Shown one piece after another: positions 9,554 through 17,373 of a DNA stretch of 64,000 nt. The notes under the pieces are model-generated. The model was given only the letters and a program-made list of their open reading frames with translations. It was not told where the DNA came from and did no database searches. The stretch is from an uncultured Kofleriaceae bacterium. GTDB lineage: Bacteria > Myxococcota_A > Polyangia > GCA-2747355 > CAZCFB01. The stretch's first letter is position 1; each line of letters starts with the position of its first letter. Made by a program: the position numbers and the translations under genes. The stretch spans positions 6,648-70,647 of the forward strand of contig CAZCFB010000004.1 of NCBI GenBank assembly GCA_964497805.1, written 5' to 3'.

Positions 9554-10687
9554 ATGCGCGTGTACAGGTACGGGTGTGTCCTGGTTCTGGTAATGGTGTT
9601 CACTCATGGCGCGGTGGCCCACGCGGGCGGCGGCTGGAAGAAGCGAAAGGGAAAGGCGACAGGCCTCATCGGCAATCAGATCGGTGAGGCGTACACCGGC
9701 AAGGGCAACGCGGCCGCCCAGCCCCGGCGGGCAAAGCCGGACGACGAGGTGGCCTCCCCCAACGTGGTGCGGGCCGATAGCGGGGAGGACCTGGTGTTCG
9801 GCTCCCCGATCCACTTCCAGAACCTCTCCATCGTGCCGGTTTCCACCACCCGGCAGGGGCCGTTCAAGACCTACACCGTGCTGGAGGAGGGGCTCCGCGC
9901 CCAGACCCTGGCGGTGCGCGAGCTCAAGGGGAACTCGGGCGAGGCCCAGGTGGAGGCGGTGGAGATCCGCAACCGCGGCGAGCACCCCGTCTACCTGCTG
10001 GGCGGGGAGATGATCCTGGGCGGCAAGCAGGACCGGATCATCCAGCAGGACACGGTGGTGGCCAGTACCGGCAAGTGGACCCGCGTCTCGGTGTTCTGCG
10101 TGGAGCAGGGGCGCTGGGCAGGGCAGAAGATGAAGTTCTCGGCGGGCAAGGCAGTGGCCCACCTGCGGCTGCAGAAGGCGGCCATGAGCGGGAGCCAGTC
10201 AGAGGTCTGGTCCGAAGTGGCACGTAAGAACCTCAAGCACGGCACCCAGAACAGCACCAGCACCTACCGCCGCACCATCCAGAACGGCAAGGTGAGGGCC
10301 AAGATCGCGCCGTACCGCAAGAAGCTGCTCCGGATGCTGCCGCCGGGCATCCCCCTGGCCGGCCTGGTGTTCGCCATCAACGGCAAGATCCAGGTGGCCG
10401 ACCTGTTCGGCAACCCGCCCCTGTTCAAGAAGCTGACCCCGAAGCTGCTGTCGGCCTACATCCTGGAGGCCCTGGGGCAGGAGGTGATCGAGGGCGCGCC
10501 GCCGGTGAGCACCAAGGGGGCCACGCGGTTCTTCCTCAAGGCCAAGGCCGCCAAGAAGGTTCGCGTCAAGGGGAAGGCCTCGGGCAGGGCCATCAACTAC
10601 AAGCGCAAGGGCAAGGGGATCATCGGCACGCAGTCCGTGGACAAGGCCTCGGGCGAGACCCTGCGCGAGTCACTGCACGCCAACTGA
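9554..10687 (+). CDS. Secreted DUF6569 / ARPP-1-like domain protein
   Basis: ATG 9554 follows GGAGGAGG. Signal peptide MRVYRYGCVLVLVMVFTHGAVAHA. Core FQNLSIVPV...YTVLEEGLRAQTLAVRELKG...VEIRNRGEHPVYLLGGEMILGGKQDRI...VFCVEQGRW matches my memory of the DUF6569 pattern. Confidence 0.65.
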   Translation: MRVYRYGCVLVLVMVFTHGAVAHAGGGWKKRKGKATGLIGNQIGEAYTGKGNAAAQPRRAKPDDEVASPNVVRADSGEDLVFGSPIHFQNLSIVPVSTTRQGPFKTYTVLEEGLRAQTLAVRELKGNSGEAQVEAVEIRNRGEHPVYLLGGEMILGGKQDRIIQQDTVVASTGKWTRVSVFCVEQGRWAGQKMKFSAGKAVAHLRLQKAAMSGSQSEVWSEVARKNLKHGTQNSTSTYRRTIQNGKVRAKIAPYRKKLLRMLPPGIPLAGLVFAINGKIQVADLFGNPPLFKKLTPKLLSAYILEALGQEVIEGAPPVSTKGATRFFLKAKAAKKVRVKGKASGRAINYKRKGKGIIGTQSVDKASGETLRESLHAN

Positions 10688-10750
10688 TGATGCGGGATAT
10701 CAGGCCATTATACGCCCTGTGCTGGCCCGATCGTTGGTGGCTTCGCTGTA

Positions 10751-10841
10751 CAGGTTAACAGTTGACAGTTCACAGTTAACAGTTCAAGTGCCAAGGTTTC
10801 AGGTCGCTACTGTCAACTGTCAACTGTCGACTGTCGACCTG
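10751..10841. repeat. Long inverted repeat built from tandem CAGTYGN heptads (~33-bp stem, ~25-nt loop)
   Basis: 10751-10783 pairs with 10809-10841: 33 positions with 3 mismatches and 2 G-T wobbles, paired by hand. Left arm ACAGTTG ACAGTTC ACAGTTA ACAGTTC; right arm ACTGTCA ACTGTCA ACTGTCG ACTGTCG. Lies between two convergent genes. Confidence 0.85.
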
Positions 10842-10905
10842 CTCATCGGGGCCTGATCGCTGAACTCAAGAGAGGCGAATTTCTCGCCTGATGCCCCTCG
10901 GCATT

Positions 10906-12621
10906 TCACGGCAGGAACTTGAACTTCACTTCCTTGATGTAGTTCTTCCCCGACGAGTCGGTGCAGCTGCTGATGTAGCCGGAGCCGCTCTTGATCACGC
11001 TGGCGGTGGCGGTGAGGCCGCAGGTGCCGATGGTCTCATCCCACAGGGCGTCGTCCTCCTTGATGGTCAGGGTGAAGCCGCTGTTGATGAAGGTGGTGGC
11101 CGTGGCCGAGCCCACGTTCTCGTTCCAGTAGGGGGTCCAGCTGTTGTTCTTGGTGGTGGTGTTCTTGGTGGTGCCGCCCAGCTTCACCTCTATGTACACG
11201 TCCGGGTCGCCGTTGTCTGGCCAGATGTCCCAGCTGCTCTTCTTGGACTTGTCGATGGAGGCGGAGACGATATAGAGCTTCCATGTGTGGTACATGCTCA
11301 TCTTGCACTGGCCGGAGCTGCAGTACTCGTAGGAGCTGCAGGCAGAGCATGATTGCCCGCCCTTGCCGCACATCGCGTTGAGGGTGCCGAGCTCGCACTT
11401 GGTGCCGCTGCAGCAGCCGTTGCAGTTGGACGGCGAGCAGCCGGTGGTCTTGCAGGCGCCGTTCTGGCAGACCTGCCCCGACGAGCAAGAGGTGCAGCTC
11501 TTGCCGCCGGTGCCGCAGGCCGAGGTGCTGGTGCCCGGCTCGCACTTGTTGTTCTTGCAGCAGCCCGACGGGCAGGTGGTGGCGGAGCACGGCTTGACCT
11601 TGCATGAGCCGCTCTGGCAGGTTTCGTTGGCGTTGCACGCCTTGCACGCCGCCCCGCCGGTGCCGCAGGCGAAGGTGCTGTTGCCCGCCTCACACTTGTT
11701 GTTCTTGCAGCAGCCTGACGGGCAGGTGGACCCGTTGCAGACGTTGGCCTTGCACACCCCGGCCTGGCAGGTCTGAGTTGAGCCGCAGGTCACGCACTGC
11801 TTGCCGCCGCTGCCGCACGCCCCGCCGGAGGTTCCTGGCATGCAGGCGTTGCCCTGGCAGCAGCCATTGCAGTTGGAGGGTGAGCATGGCGCGCCCCCCT
11901 TGCACAGGCCGCCCACGCAGCTCTGGCTTGAACCGCAGGTGGCGCAGGCCACCCCGCCCTGGCCGCAGGCCGAGGTGCTCTTGCCTGGCTGGCACTTGTT
12001 GTTCTTGCAGCAACCGCCGCAGGTGCCCGGCCCGCAGCCGGTGATCCCCTTGCACACCCCGCCCACGCAGCTCTGAACGCCGGTGCACACCGAACAGGCC
12101 GTGCCGCCGGTGCCGCACGCCCCGCTGACGTTGCCCGTCTTGCACACGTTGCCCTGGCAGCAGCCGTTGCACGTGGCCGGGGAGCAAGAGCCCGCCAGCT
12201 TGCACGCGCCTCCCTGGCACACCTGCGACGAGGTGCAGATGGAGCAGGGCCTGCCCAGGCTACCGCACGCGCCGCCGGTGTTGCCCGGCTTGCACTGGCT
12301 CCCCTGGCAGCAACCCGAGGGACAGGTGGTCTGGGAGCAGGTGCCCTTCTTGGCGCACTTGCCCCCGGTGCAGATCTGCCCCGATGAGCACGCCTTGCAC
12401 TTTGCGCCCTTGAGCCCGCACTTTTTGGCGGACTGGGCCACCACGCAGTTGCCCTTGTTGTCGCAGCAGCCGCCACATGTGCTCGGACCGCAGGCCGCGC
12501 TGTCCAGCGCCGCGGTGTAACCATCAAGCCGCGGCCCGCCCCCCTCCACATCGTCGGAGCAGCCCAGGGCCGTCACCATCAGTCCGAGGAGCACGCATCC
12601 AGTTCTGACTAGCTTCATCAT
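10906..12621 (-). CDS. Lipoprotein with 8 tandem Cys-rich repeats and a C-terminal C2-like domain
   Basis: Start trimmed to MMKLVRTGCVLLGLMVTALGCSDD (lipobox). Eight ~49-aa repeats, C.P.TC.GCC.GN.C.PG....ACG.GG..C..C.....C..G.CK. C-terminus KLYIVSASID...GDPDVYIEVKLGG...WTPYWNENV...FTLTIKEDDALWDETIGTC follows the C2 domain pattern. Confidence 0.8.
   Translation of the reverse strand: MMKLVRTGCVLLGLMVTALGCSDDVEGGGPRLDGYTAALDSAACGPSTCGGCCDNKGNCVVAQSAKKCGLKGAKCKACSSGQICTGGKCAKKGTCSQTTCPSGCCQGSQCKPGNTGGACGSLGRPCSICTSSQVCQGGACKLAGSCSPATCNGCCQGNVCKTGNVSGACGTGGTACSVCTGVQSCVGGVCKGITGCGPGTCGGCCKNNKCQPGKSTSACGQGGVACATCGSSQSCVGGLCKGGAPCSPSNCNGCCQGNACMPGTSGGACGSGGKQCVTCGSTQTCQAGVCKANVCNGSTCPSGCCKNNKCEAGNSTFACGTGGAACKACNANETCQSGSCKVKPCSATTCPSGCCKNNKCEPGTSTSACGTGGKSCTSCSSGQVCQNGACKTTGCSPSNCNGCCSGTKCELGTLNAMCGKGGQSCSACSSYEYCSSGQCKMSMYHTWKLYIVSASIDKSKKSSWDIWPDNGDPDVYIEVKLGGTTKNTTTKNNSWTPYWNENVGSATATTFINSGFTLTIKEDDALWDETIGTCGLTATASVIKSGSGYISSCTDSSGKNYIKEVKFKFLP
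11322..12492 (-). repeat. Eight in-frame ~147-bp coding repeats (Cys-rich module array)
   Basis: Protein-level periodicity listed above. Coordinates derived from residue positions 57-447 of the track ORF. Confidence 0.75.
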
Positions 12622-12750
12622 CCTGATCACCCGCCGTTTTGATTCTCTCGCCAACCTCAATCATCGCCCCCATGTACAGGGGGACGCAAGGTTCCGCCCC
12701 TGGCCCCTCCCTTGCGCGCGCCGCGACCCTGGTGTACCAGGTGCCTGGTC

Positions 12751-13662
12751 ATGACCACCAATGACAGATGGGCCGAGGCCGTCACGGCCACCGCCGCAGC
12801 CTACTGGACCCCCGAGCGGGTGAGGAGCCAGCTGGGGGACAAGCAGCTGATCATGCCCCCGGTTCAGGCCGCCCCGCTCCTGCGCGCCCTGGGCCTGCTC
12901 CACCGGGACGCGTCCATGACCACGGACAACCTGCGCAAGTACATGCAGATCAACCACATGGTCCGGCTGCTGCGCCCGTTCCTGCTTGGGTTGGGCGACT
13001 CCCACGGTGAGGTGCGCCTGCTCGACGCCTGCTGTGGTAGCTCCTATCTAACCCTGCTGCTCGCATGGTGCTTCAAGCATGTGTGGCGCAGGCCAGCCTG
13101 GATCGCGGGGGTGGATCGGGACGCCGACCTGATCGGCAAGTGCCAGCGCCGCGCCGAGCTGGTTGGGCTGGAGGGGATGCTCCACTTCCAGGCCGCGCGC
13201 CTGGAGGAGCTGAGCTTGCCCGAGCCCCGGCGCCTTAACGCCCTGGTCTCGCTTCACGCCTGCGACACGGCCACCGACGACGCGTTGGCCCTGGGCGTCA
13301 CCCTCGGGGTGGAGTTCATCGCGGCCGCGCCCTGCTGCCAGGTGGAGCTCTCCCGCAAGTGGGAAGCCCTGGATGAGGAGCAGGCAGCCAACCCCCTGAG
13401 CCCCCTGTTCCGGGCGCCGCACCTGCGCCGGGAGGCTGCCTCCACGGTGACCGACCTGATGCGCACGCTCCTGCTCCGGGGTCACGGTTACCAGGTCACT
13501 CCCATGGAGTTCGTGCCGTCGGAGCACACCCCCAAGAACACCCTCCTGCGCGCCGTGCGCCGGGACGCTCCCGACCCGGACGCCCTGCGCCAGTACAGCG
13601 AGCTGCGCCAGGCCGTGGGCGGCGCCGGGATCAAGCTGGAGGCCCTGCTCGGTCCTCAGTGA
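12751..13662 (+). CDS. SAM-dependent methyltransferase (Methyltransf_32-like)
   Basis: ORF 12712..13662 trimmed to MTTNDRW. VRLLDACCGSSYLTLLLAW (motif I-like), IAGVDRDADLI, LVSLHACDTATDDAL, AAPCCQ. Confidence 0.7.
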   Translation: MTTNDRWAEAVTATAAAYWTPERVRSQLGDKQLIMPPVQAAPLLRALGLLHRDASMTTDNLRKYMQINHMVRLLRPFLLGLGDSHGEVRLLDACCGSSYLTLLLAWCFKHVWRRPAWIAGVDRDADLIGKCQRRAELVGLEGMLHFQAARLEELSLPEPRRLNALVSLHACDTATDDALALGVTLGVEFIAAAPCCQVELSRKWEALDEEQAANPLSPLFRAPHLRREAASTVTDLMRTLLLRGHGYQVTPMEFVPSEHTPKNTLLRAVRRDAPDPDALRQYSELRQAVGGAGIKLEALLGPQ

Positions 13663-14135
13663 GTCAGGCCGCCCAGATTTGTGTAGTCCATCACCACCCG
13701 CCAGCCCGGCTCCACCTTGCGCATGACCAGCACGAAGTTGCCCCAGGGGCGGTCCTTGTCCCGGGCCAGGCGCCAGGTTCCCTCCACCAGGACCTCGCTC
13801 GCGCCCAGTGCCCGGAAGGTGAGCCCGGAGAATGAGAGGCGCCCCATGGCCGAGCGGTCGGGGTACCCCTTGCGCATGCGCTCCATGATGGCCTTGTAGC
13901 CCAGGGTTGTGCCCTTGCCTGAGGTGAACACCGTCTTGTCGCTGTCGTGATAGGCGGCGGCGTACCCCGCCATGTCGCCCCTGTTCCAGGCCGCGGCCTG
14001 GGCCAGCAAGACCTCCTCACAGGCGGCGAAGCGCGCATCGCGGGCCGGGGCGGCTGTTTGCGCGCCCCCCCTGGAGTGGGCGCACCCGGTGAGCAGCAGG
14101 AGCCCGGCCATGAGGATCGTTGGGGTCCCGCGCAT
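13656..14135 (-). CDS. SnoaL-like / DUF4440 (NTF2-fold) lipoprotein
   Basis: Lipobox LLLLTGCAH. AAWNRGDMAGYAAAYHDSDKTVF ... GTWRLARDKDRPWGNFVLVMRKVEPGWRVVMDY is typical of NTF2-like DUF4440 proteins. Its start lies 1 nt from the upstream gene's stop. Confidence 0.7.
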   Translation of the reverse strand: MRGTPTILMAGLLLLTGCAHSRGGAQTAAPARDARFAACEEVLLAQAAAWNRGDMAGYAAAYHDSDKTVFTSGKGTTLGYKAIMERMRKGYPDRSAMGRLSFSGLTFRALGASEVLVEGTWRLARDKDRPWGNFVLVMRKVEPGWRVVMDYTNLGGLTH

Positions 14136-14136
14136 C

Positions 14137-15771
14137 TTATTCCCCCAGGCCGGTGAGGCGGAGCTTGTTGCGGGCGCTCTTGCCCAGCTTGCTTCGCGGA
14201 GACTTCTCCACCAGGTGCTCCAGCAGCTCAGCGCCCAGCTCCTGCTCCATCTCGTCCTTGCTCTCGGCGTAGTTGAAGCCCAGGTAGAACAGGTCCTCGT
14301 CGCTCACCGCCTTGGCCTTGAGCAGGCGGGTGGCCACCGGCTTGCCCGATGCCACCAGGGTCGTCAGGTGGCGCAAGGCCCGGTCCGTCCCGCGGCTGGC
14401 CCGGGCCAGGCTCTTTCGCGAGGCCATGGAGCCCAGGCCTGCCAGGAAGGCGGCGAAGCGGCCGTCATCGTCCAGGCGCCCCATGCGGTCCAGCCGCTCC
14501 AGCAGGTCCAGGGCTTCACCGTGGCGGCCGGCCTTGGTGTGGACCTTGGCCCGGGCGAACATGGCCTCGGCGAACGGCTCAGGGATGCCTGAGGCCACCA
14601 GCCTGAGCAGCGGGTCCGCGTCGGCTGCCAGCTCCTCCAGCTTGGTCACGGCGCCGCTGGCCAGGGCCTTGCGGTCAGCCGGCTTGAGCCCATCCACATG
14701 GGGCCTGAGCACCCGGCACAGGGTGAGCAGGTGGCCCGCCTCCTTGCAGCTGGCCAGCTCCTTGACCAGGGCCGGGCCAGCGCCGGACATGGTTGACAGG
14801 GCCTCGGTGGCGGCGCGCCGGGCTGCTGGATCCTCGCCGGCCAGCGGGTCCAGCAGCCTGCGGGTGACCTTGGCGCCCTCCCCCTGGCCCAGGGCCTTGA
14901 GCGCGTACGCCTGCACATCGGCGTGGGGGCTGTCGGCCAGCTTGCTCAACAGCGGGCGCCCCTTCTTGCCCGGGTCCAGCCCGGCCATGGTATCCACCGC
15001 GGCCCGGGCCAGGGCAGGCTCTCCCTCCTCCTGAGCGATGGCAGCCAGCGCCTGGAACGCCGCGTCTGTGGAACGCCCCGCGGAGAGGGGCCTGCGCAGG
15101 CCAGCCAGGGCGGCCAGCCGCACGGGTAGCGCATACGCCGCGCCGGTGAAGGGGAGCAGGGTCTTGGTCAGGGCAGCGCTCTTCTCATAGCCCAGCAGCC
15201 TCACCCTTCGCGCCAGCCCGAGGGGGTTCGCCTCCTCCTTTTTCCCCTCCTTGATCAGGGCCAGCAGGCGCGTGCGCAGCTCCTTGATCTGAGCCGCGGT
15301 CATGCCCTCCAGCTCCTGGCGAAGGGCCCACACGGTGTGGTCCCCCACCTCGTTGTCATCCAGCAGCGCCAGCAGGCTATCCAGGACCTTGGCGTCCCGC
15401 ACCGGCGCCAGCAGGTTGACCAGGGCCTTCTTGCGGGCGGGGGGCGAGTCCCCCAGCGCCTTGCACATGGCCCCCACGGCCCGCTTGCCTGTGGCCACCA
15501 GCATCTCGGTGGCCCTGGCCTGCACCTGTGGATCCTTGACGTCCAGCAGGGGCACCAGCAAGGCCGCCACCGAGGCGGTCTTGACGCCCCCGAGCGCCTC
15601 GAGTGCGGCCATCTGCAGCACGGGATCGTCCCAAACAAGGCAGCGCCCCAGGGCCTCCACCGCTGACTTGTCCTTCACCCCAAGCTCGGCCAGCACCAGG
15701 GCGGCGGCCACCTGCCGGTCCGGCCGCTCATCCTCCAGCATCCCCACTATCTTCTGCACAGTCTTGTCCAT
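14137..15771 (-). CDS. HEAT/ARM-like helical repeat protein
   Basis: ORF 14137..15996 trimmed to MDKTVQKIVGMLEDERPDRQVAAALVLAELG. Repeated ~30-aa units (AVEALGRCL..DDPVLQMAALEALGG, LLVPLLDVKDPQVQARATEML and others). Confidence 0.7.
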   Translation of the reverse strand: MDKTVQKIVGMLEDERPDRQVAAALVLAELGVKDKSAVEALGRCLVWDDPVLQMAALEALGGVKTASVAALLVPLLDVKDPQVQARATEMLVATGKRAVGAMCKALGDSPPARKKALVNLLAPVRDAKVLDSLLALLDDNEVGDHTVWALRQELEGMTAAQIKELRTRLLALIKEGKKEEANPLGLARRVRLLGYEKSAALTKTLLPFTGAAYALPVRLAALAGLRRPLSAGRSTDAAFQALAAIAQEEGEPALARAAVDTMAGLDPGKKGRPLLSKLADSPHADVQAYALKALGQGEGAKVTRRLLDPLAGEDPAARRAATEALSTMSGAGPALVKELASCKEAGHLLTLCRVLRPHVDGLKPADRKALASGAVTKLEELAADADPLLRLVASGIPEPFAEAMFARAKVHTKAGRHGEALDLLERLDRMGRLDDDGRFAAFLAGLGSMASRKSLARASRGTDRALRHLTTLVASGKPVATRLLKAKAVSDEDLFYLGFNYAESKDEMEQELGAELLEHLVEKSPRSKLGKSARNKLRLTGLGE

Positions 15772-15979
15772 GAAGTCTCCGCTTCCAAACTGGATATATG
15801 GGCATGTTACGCCCAATCGGCGGCCTCCGAAAAGGTCTGACAGCCGGCTCGCCAGCCTCGGCCAGGTCAGATGTCGCGGCCCTGTCGCCCCACCTGCCGC
15901 CCCGCGGCCTACCAGAAGCTTGCGGCGAGGGCGGGTGGGTAGGTATAACTCTGCACTCAACCAGCCCGAGAGTGGACCG

Positions 15980-16462
15980 ATGAACAAGACCCACATCTAT
16001 CGATTTACTGAATCCGTCGAGACGCTGGCCGCCATCATGGCCAACCCGGACTACCACCTGGAGTTCGACGGCACCCGGGAGGATATCGCTGGCACGAAGA
16101 TGCTCCCCACCAAGGAGAGCGGCGGCATCGCCGAGTTCACCATGCTCACCCAGGAGTACAAGCGGGCGCTGAGGGGCCTGGACCGCTCCAGGTCCACCGA
16201 GGGTCGCACCGACTTTCGCTGGAACGCGGCCACCAACACCCTGGACTGGAACTACATCTCAGGGGAGGAGCCCAAACGGATCAAGGTGTGCGGCCAGTAC
16301 AGGGTTGAGCCCGAGGGCAGCGGCTGCCGCCTGGTCCATGACTACACCATCGAGATCAAGATCCCACTCATCGGCGGCAAGATCTCCAAGATTGTGGACA
16401 AGGAGTTCACCAAGAGTTTCCCCAAGTTCGAGCAGATGTTACGCGACTGGCTCGCCCGCTGA
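15980..16462 (+). CDS. Small SRPBCC/START-like protein (DUF2505-like)
   Basis: Only the last 160 codons of track ORF 15302..16462 have coding character; the upstream part is antisense to the HEAT gene. Starts MNKTHIYRFTESVETLAAIMANPDYHLEF. Family assignment is tentative. Confidence 0.55.
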   Translation: MNKTHIYRFTESVETLAAIMANPDYHLEFDGTREDIAGTKMLPTKESGGIAEFTMLTQEYKRALRGLDRSRSTEGRTDFRWNAATNTLDWNYISGEEPKRIKVCGQYRVEPEGSGCRLVHDYTIEIKIPLIGGKISKIVDKEFTKSFPKFEQMLRDWLAR

Positions 16463-16501
16463 GGACCATCCCTCCCCTTCTACCCCTTTTATCTTGAGGG
16501 G

Positions 16502-16529
16502 TTGACATGTCAACTAACCAAGATAGCCT
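16502..16529 (+). promoter_or_regulatory. Candidate sigma-70-type promoter with a palindromic -35 (TTGACATGTCAA)
   Basis: Perfect 12-bp palindrome at 16502-16513 contains a consensus TTGACA. TAGCCT follows at 16524-16529 after a 16-nt spacer. The low-GC pocket lies directly upstream of the GTG 16537 / ATG 16540 start, so a leaderless mRNA is possible. Confidence 0.35.
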
Positions 16530-16539
16530 TAGCTAAGTG

Positions 16540-17373
16540 ATGCTAAGACTATCAGCCATGGAACAGAAGCAGGTCAACCGCCTGGTCGCCCGCGCTGAGA
16601 AGCTCGTGCGGGCCAACCGCAACCGAGGGGCGGCAAAGCTCTTCAAGAAAATTGCCCGGCTGGATCCGGATAATCCCCGCTGGCCCCGCAAGGAGGGGGA
16701 CGCCTTACAAAGGCTGCGGCGCACCTCCGATGCGGTCAGGGCGTACGAGCAGGCCACCGCCCAACACCTCGGGCTCAATGAGCAGCGCCACGCTCTGGCC
16801 CTGTGTGACCTGATCTTGAACCTGGCCCCGGACAACATGGAGGTGCGGCTCATGGCTCGACGGCTCAGGGCCACCTCCAGAAGCTGGTCCGATGAGCAGG
16901 AACGGCGCCTGAACCAGCGGGTCAGCGCCCAGGACGGGATCCCCGAAACCAACCAGGCATGGCCCACGGTGGGTGAGGTGATCGCCCCCTCGGATCATAG
17001 CGTGGATGTGGCGCGTGCTCAGGCCATGGCCATCAAGGAGGCCGCGGCCACGGGCCAGGGGCTTGCCACCTGGTCGCCTCCCGAAACAACGCCCATGGTG
17101 GATCTGTCTTCCGAGATCGAGACCCACTTCATCGAGTTCGATCACATGGATCCCACCGGCATCGGCGTCCCCCCCCAGACCCCGGCCGGCGAGCGGGTGA
17201 TCTCTGGTGACACCGAGATAGAAACCATGCCCGTGGCTGACGATCCGTACAACACGGCCCAGCCCAGCCTGGACGACTTCCCTGTCCTCGTTGCCGACGA
17301 TCCCAACCGCACGACCCAGGATTCCCTGGACGACATCCCCATCATCGTGGATGTGCCCGCCGAATCGAGCTGA
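16540..17373 (+). CDS. Hypothetical protein, TPR-like N-terminus and acidic C-terminus
   Basis: High GC3 ORF. Start uncertain (GTG 16537, ATG 16540 or ATG 16558). C-terminus has two copies of ADDP..T.Q.SLDD.P..V. Confidence 0.55.
   Translation: MLRLSAMEQKQVNRLVARAEKLVRANRNRGAAKLFKKIARLDPDNPRWPRKEGDALQRLRRTSDAVRAYEQATAQHLGLNEQRHALALCDLILNLAPDNMEVRLMARRLRATSRSWSDEQERRLNQRVSAQDGIPETNQAWPTVGEVIAPSDHSVDVARAQAMAIKEAAATGQGLATWSPPETTPMVDLSSEIETHFIEFDHMDPTGIGVPPQTPAGERVISGDTEIETMPVADDPYNTAQPSLDDFPVLVADDPNRTTQDSLDDIPIIVDVPAESS

Noticed and set aside
15302-15979. N-terminal extensions of track ORFs (15302..16462; likewise 32172..32591, 55354..56646 beyond 56103, 44904..45362, 8119..8211, 14137..15996 beyond 15771)
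   Set aside because: The extensions overlap neighbouring genes in antisense or out of frame and are compositionally shadow-like. Internal ATG starts give proper signal peptides or family-typical N-termini.
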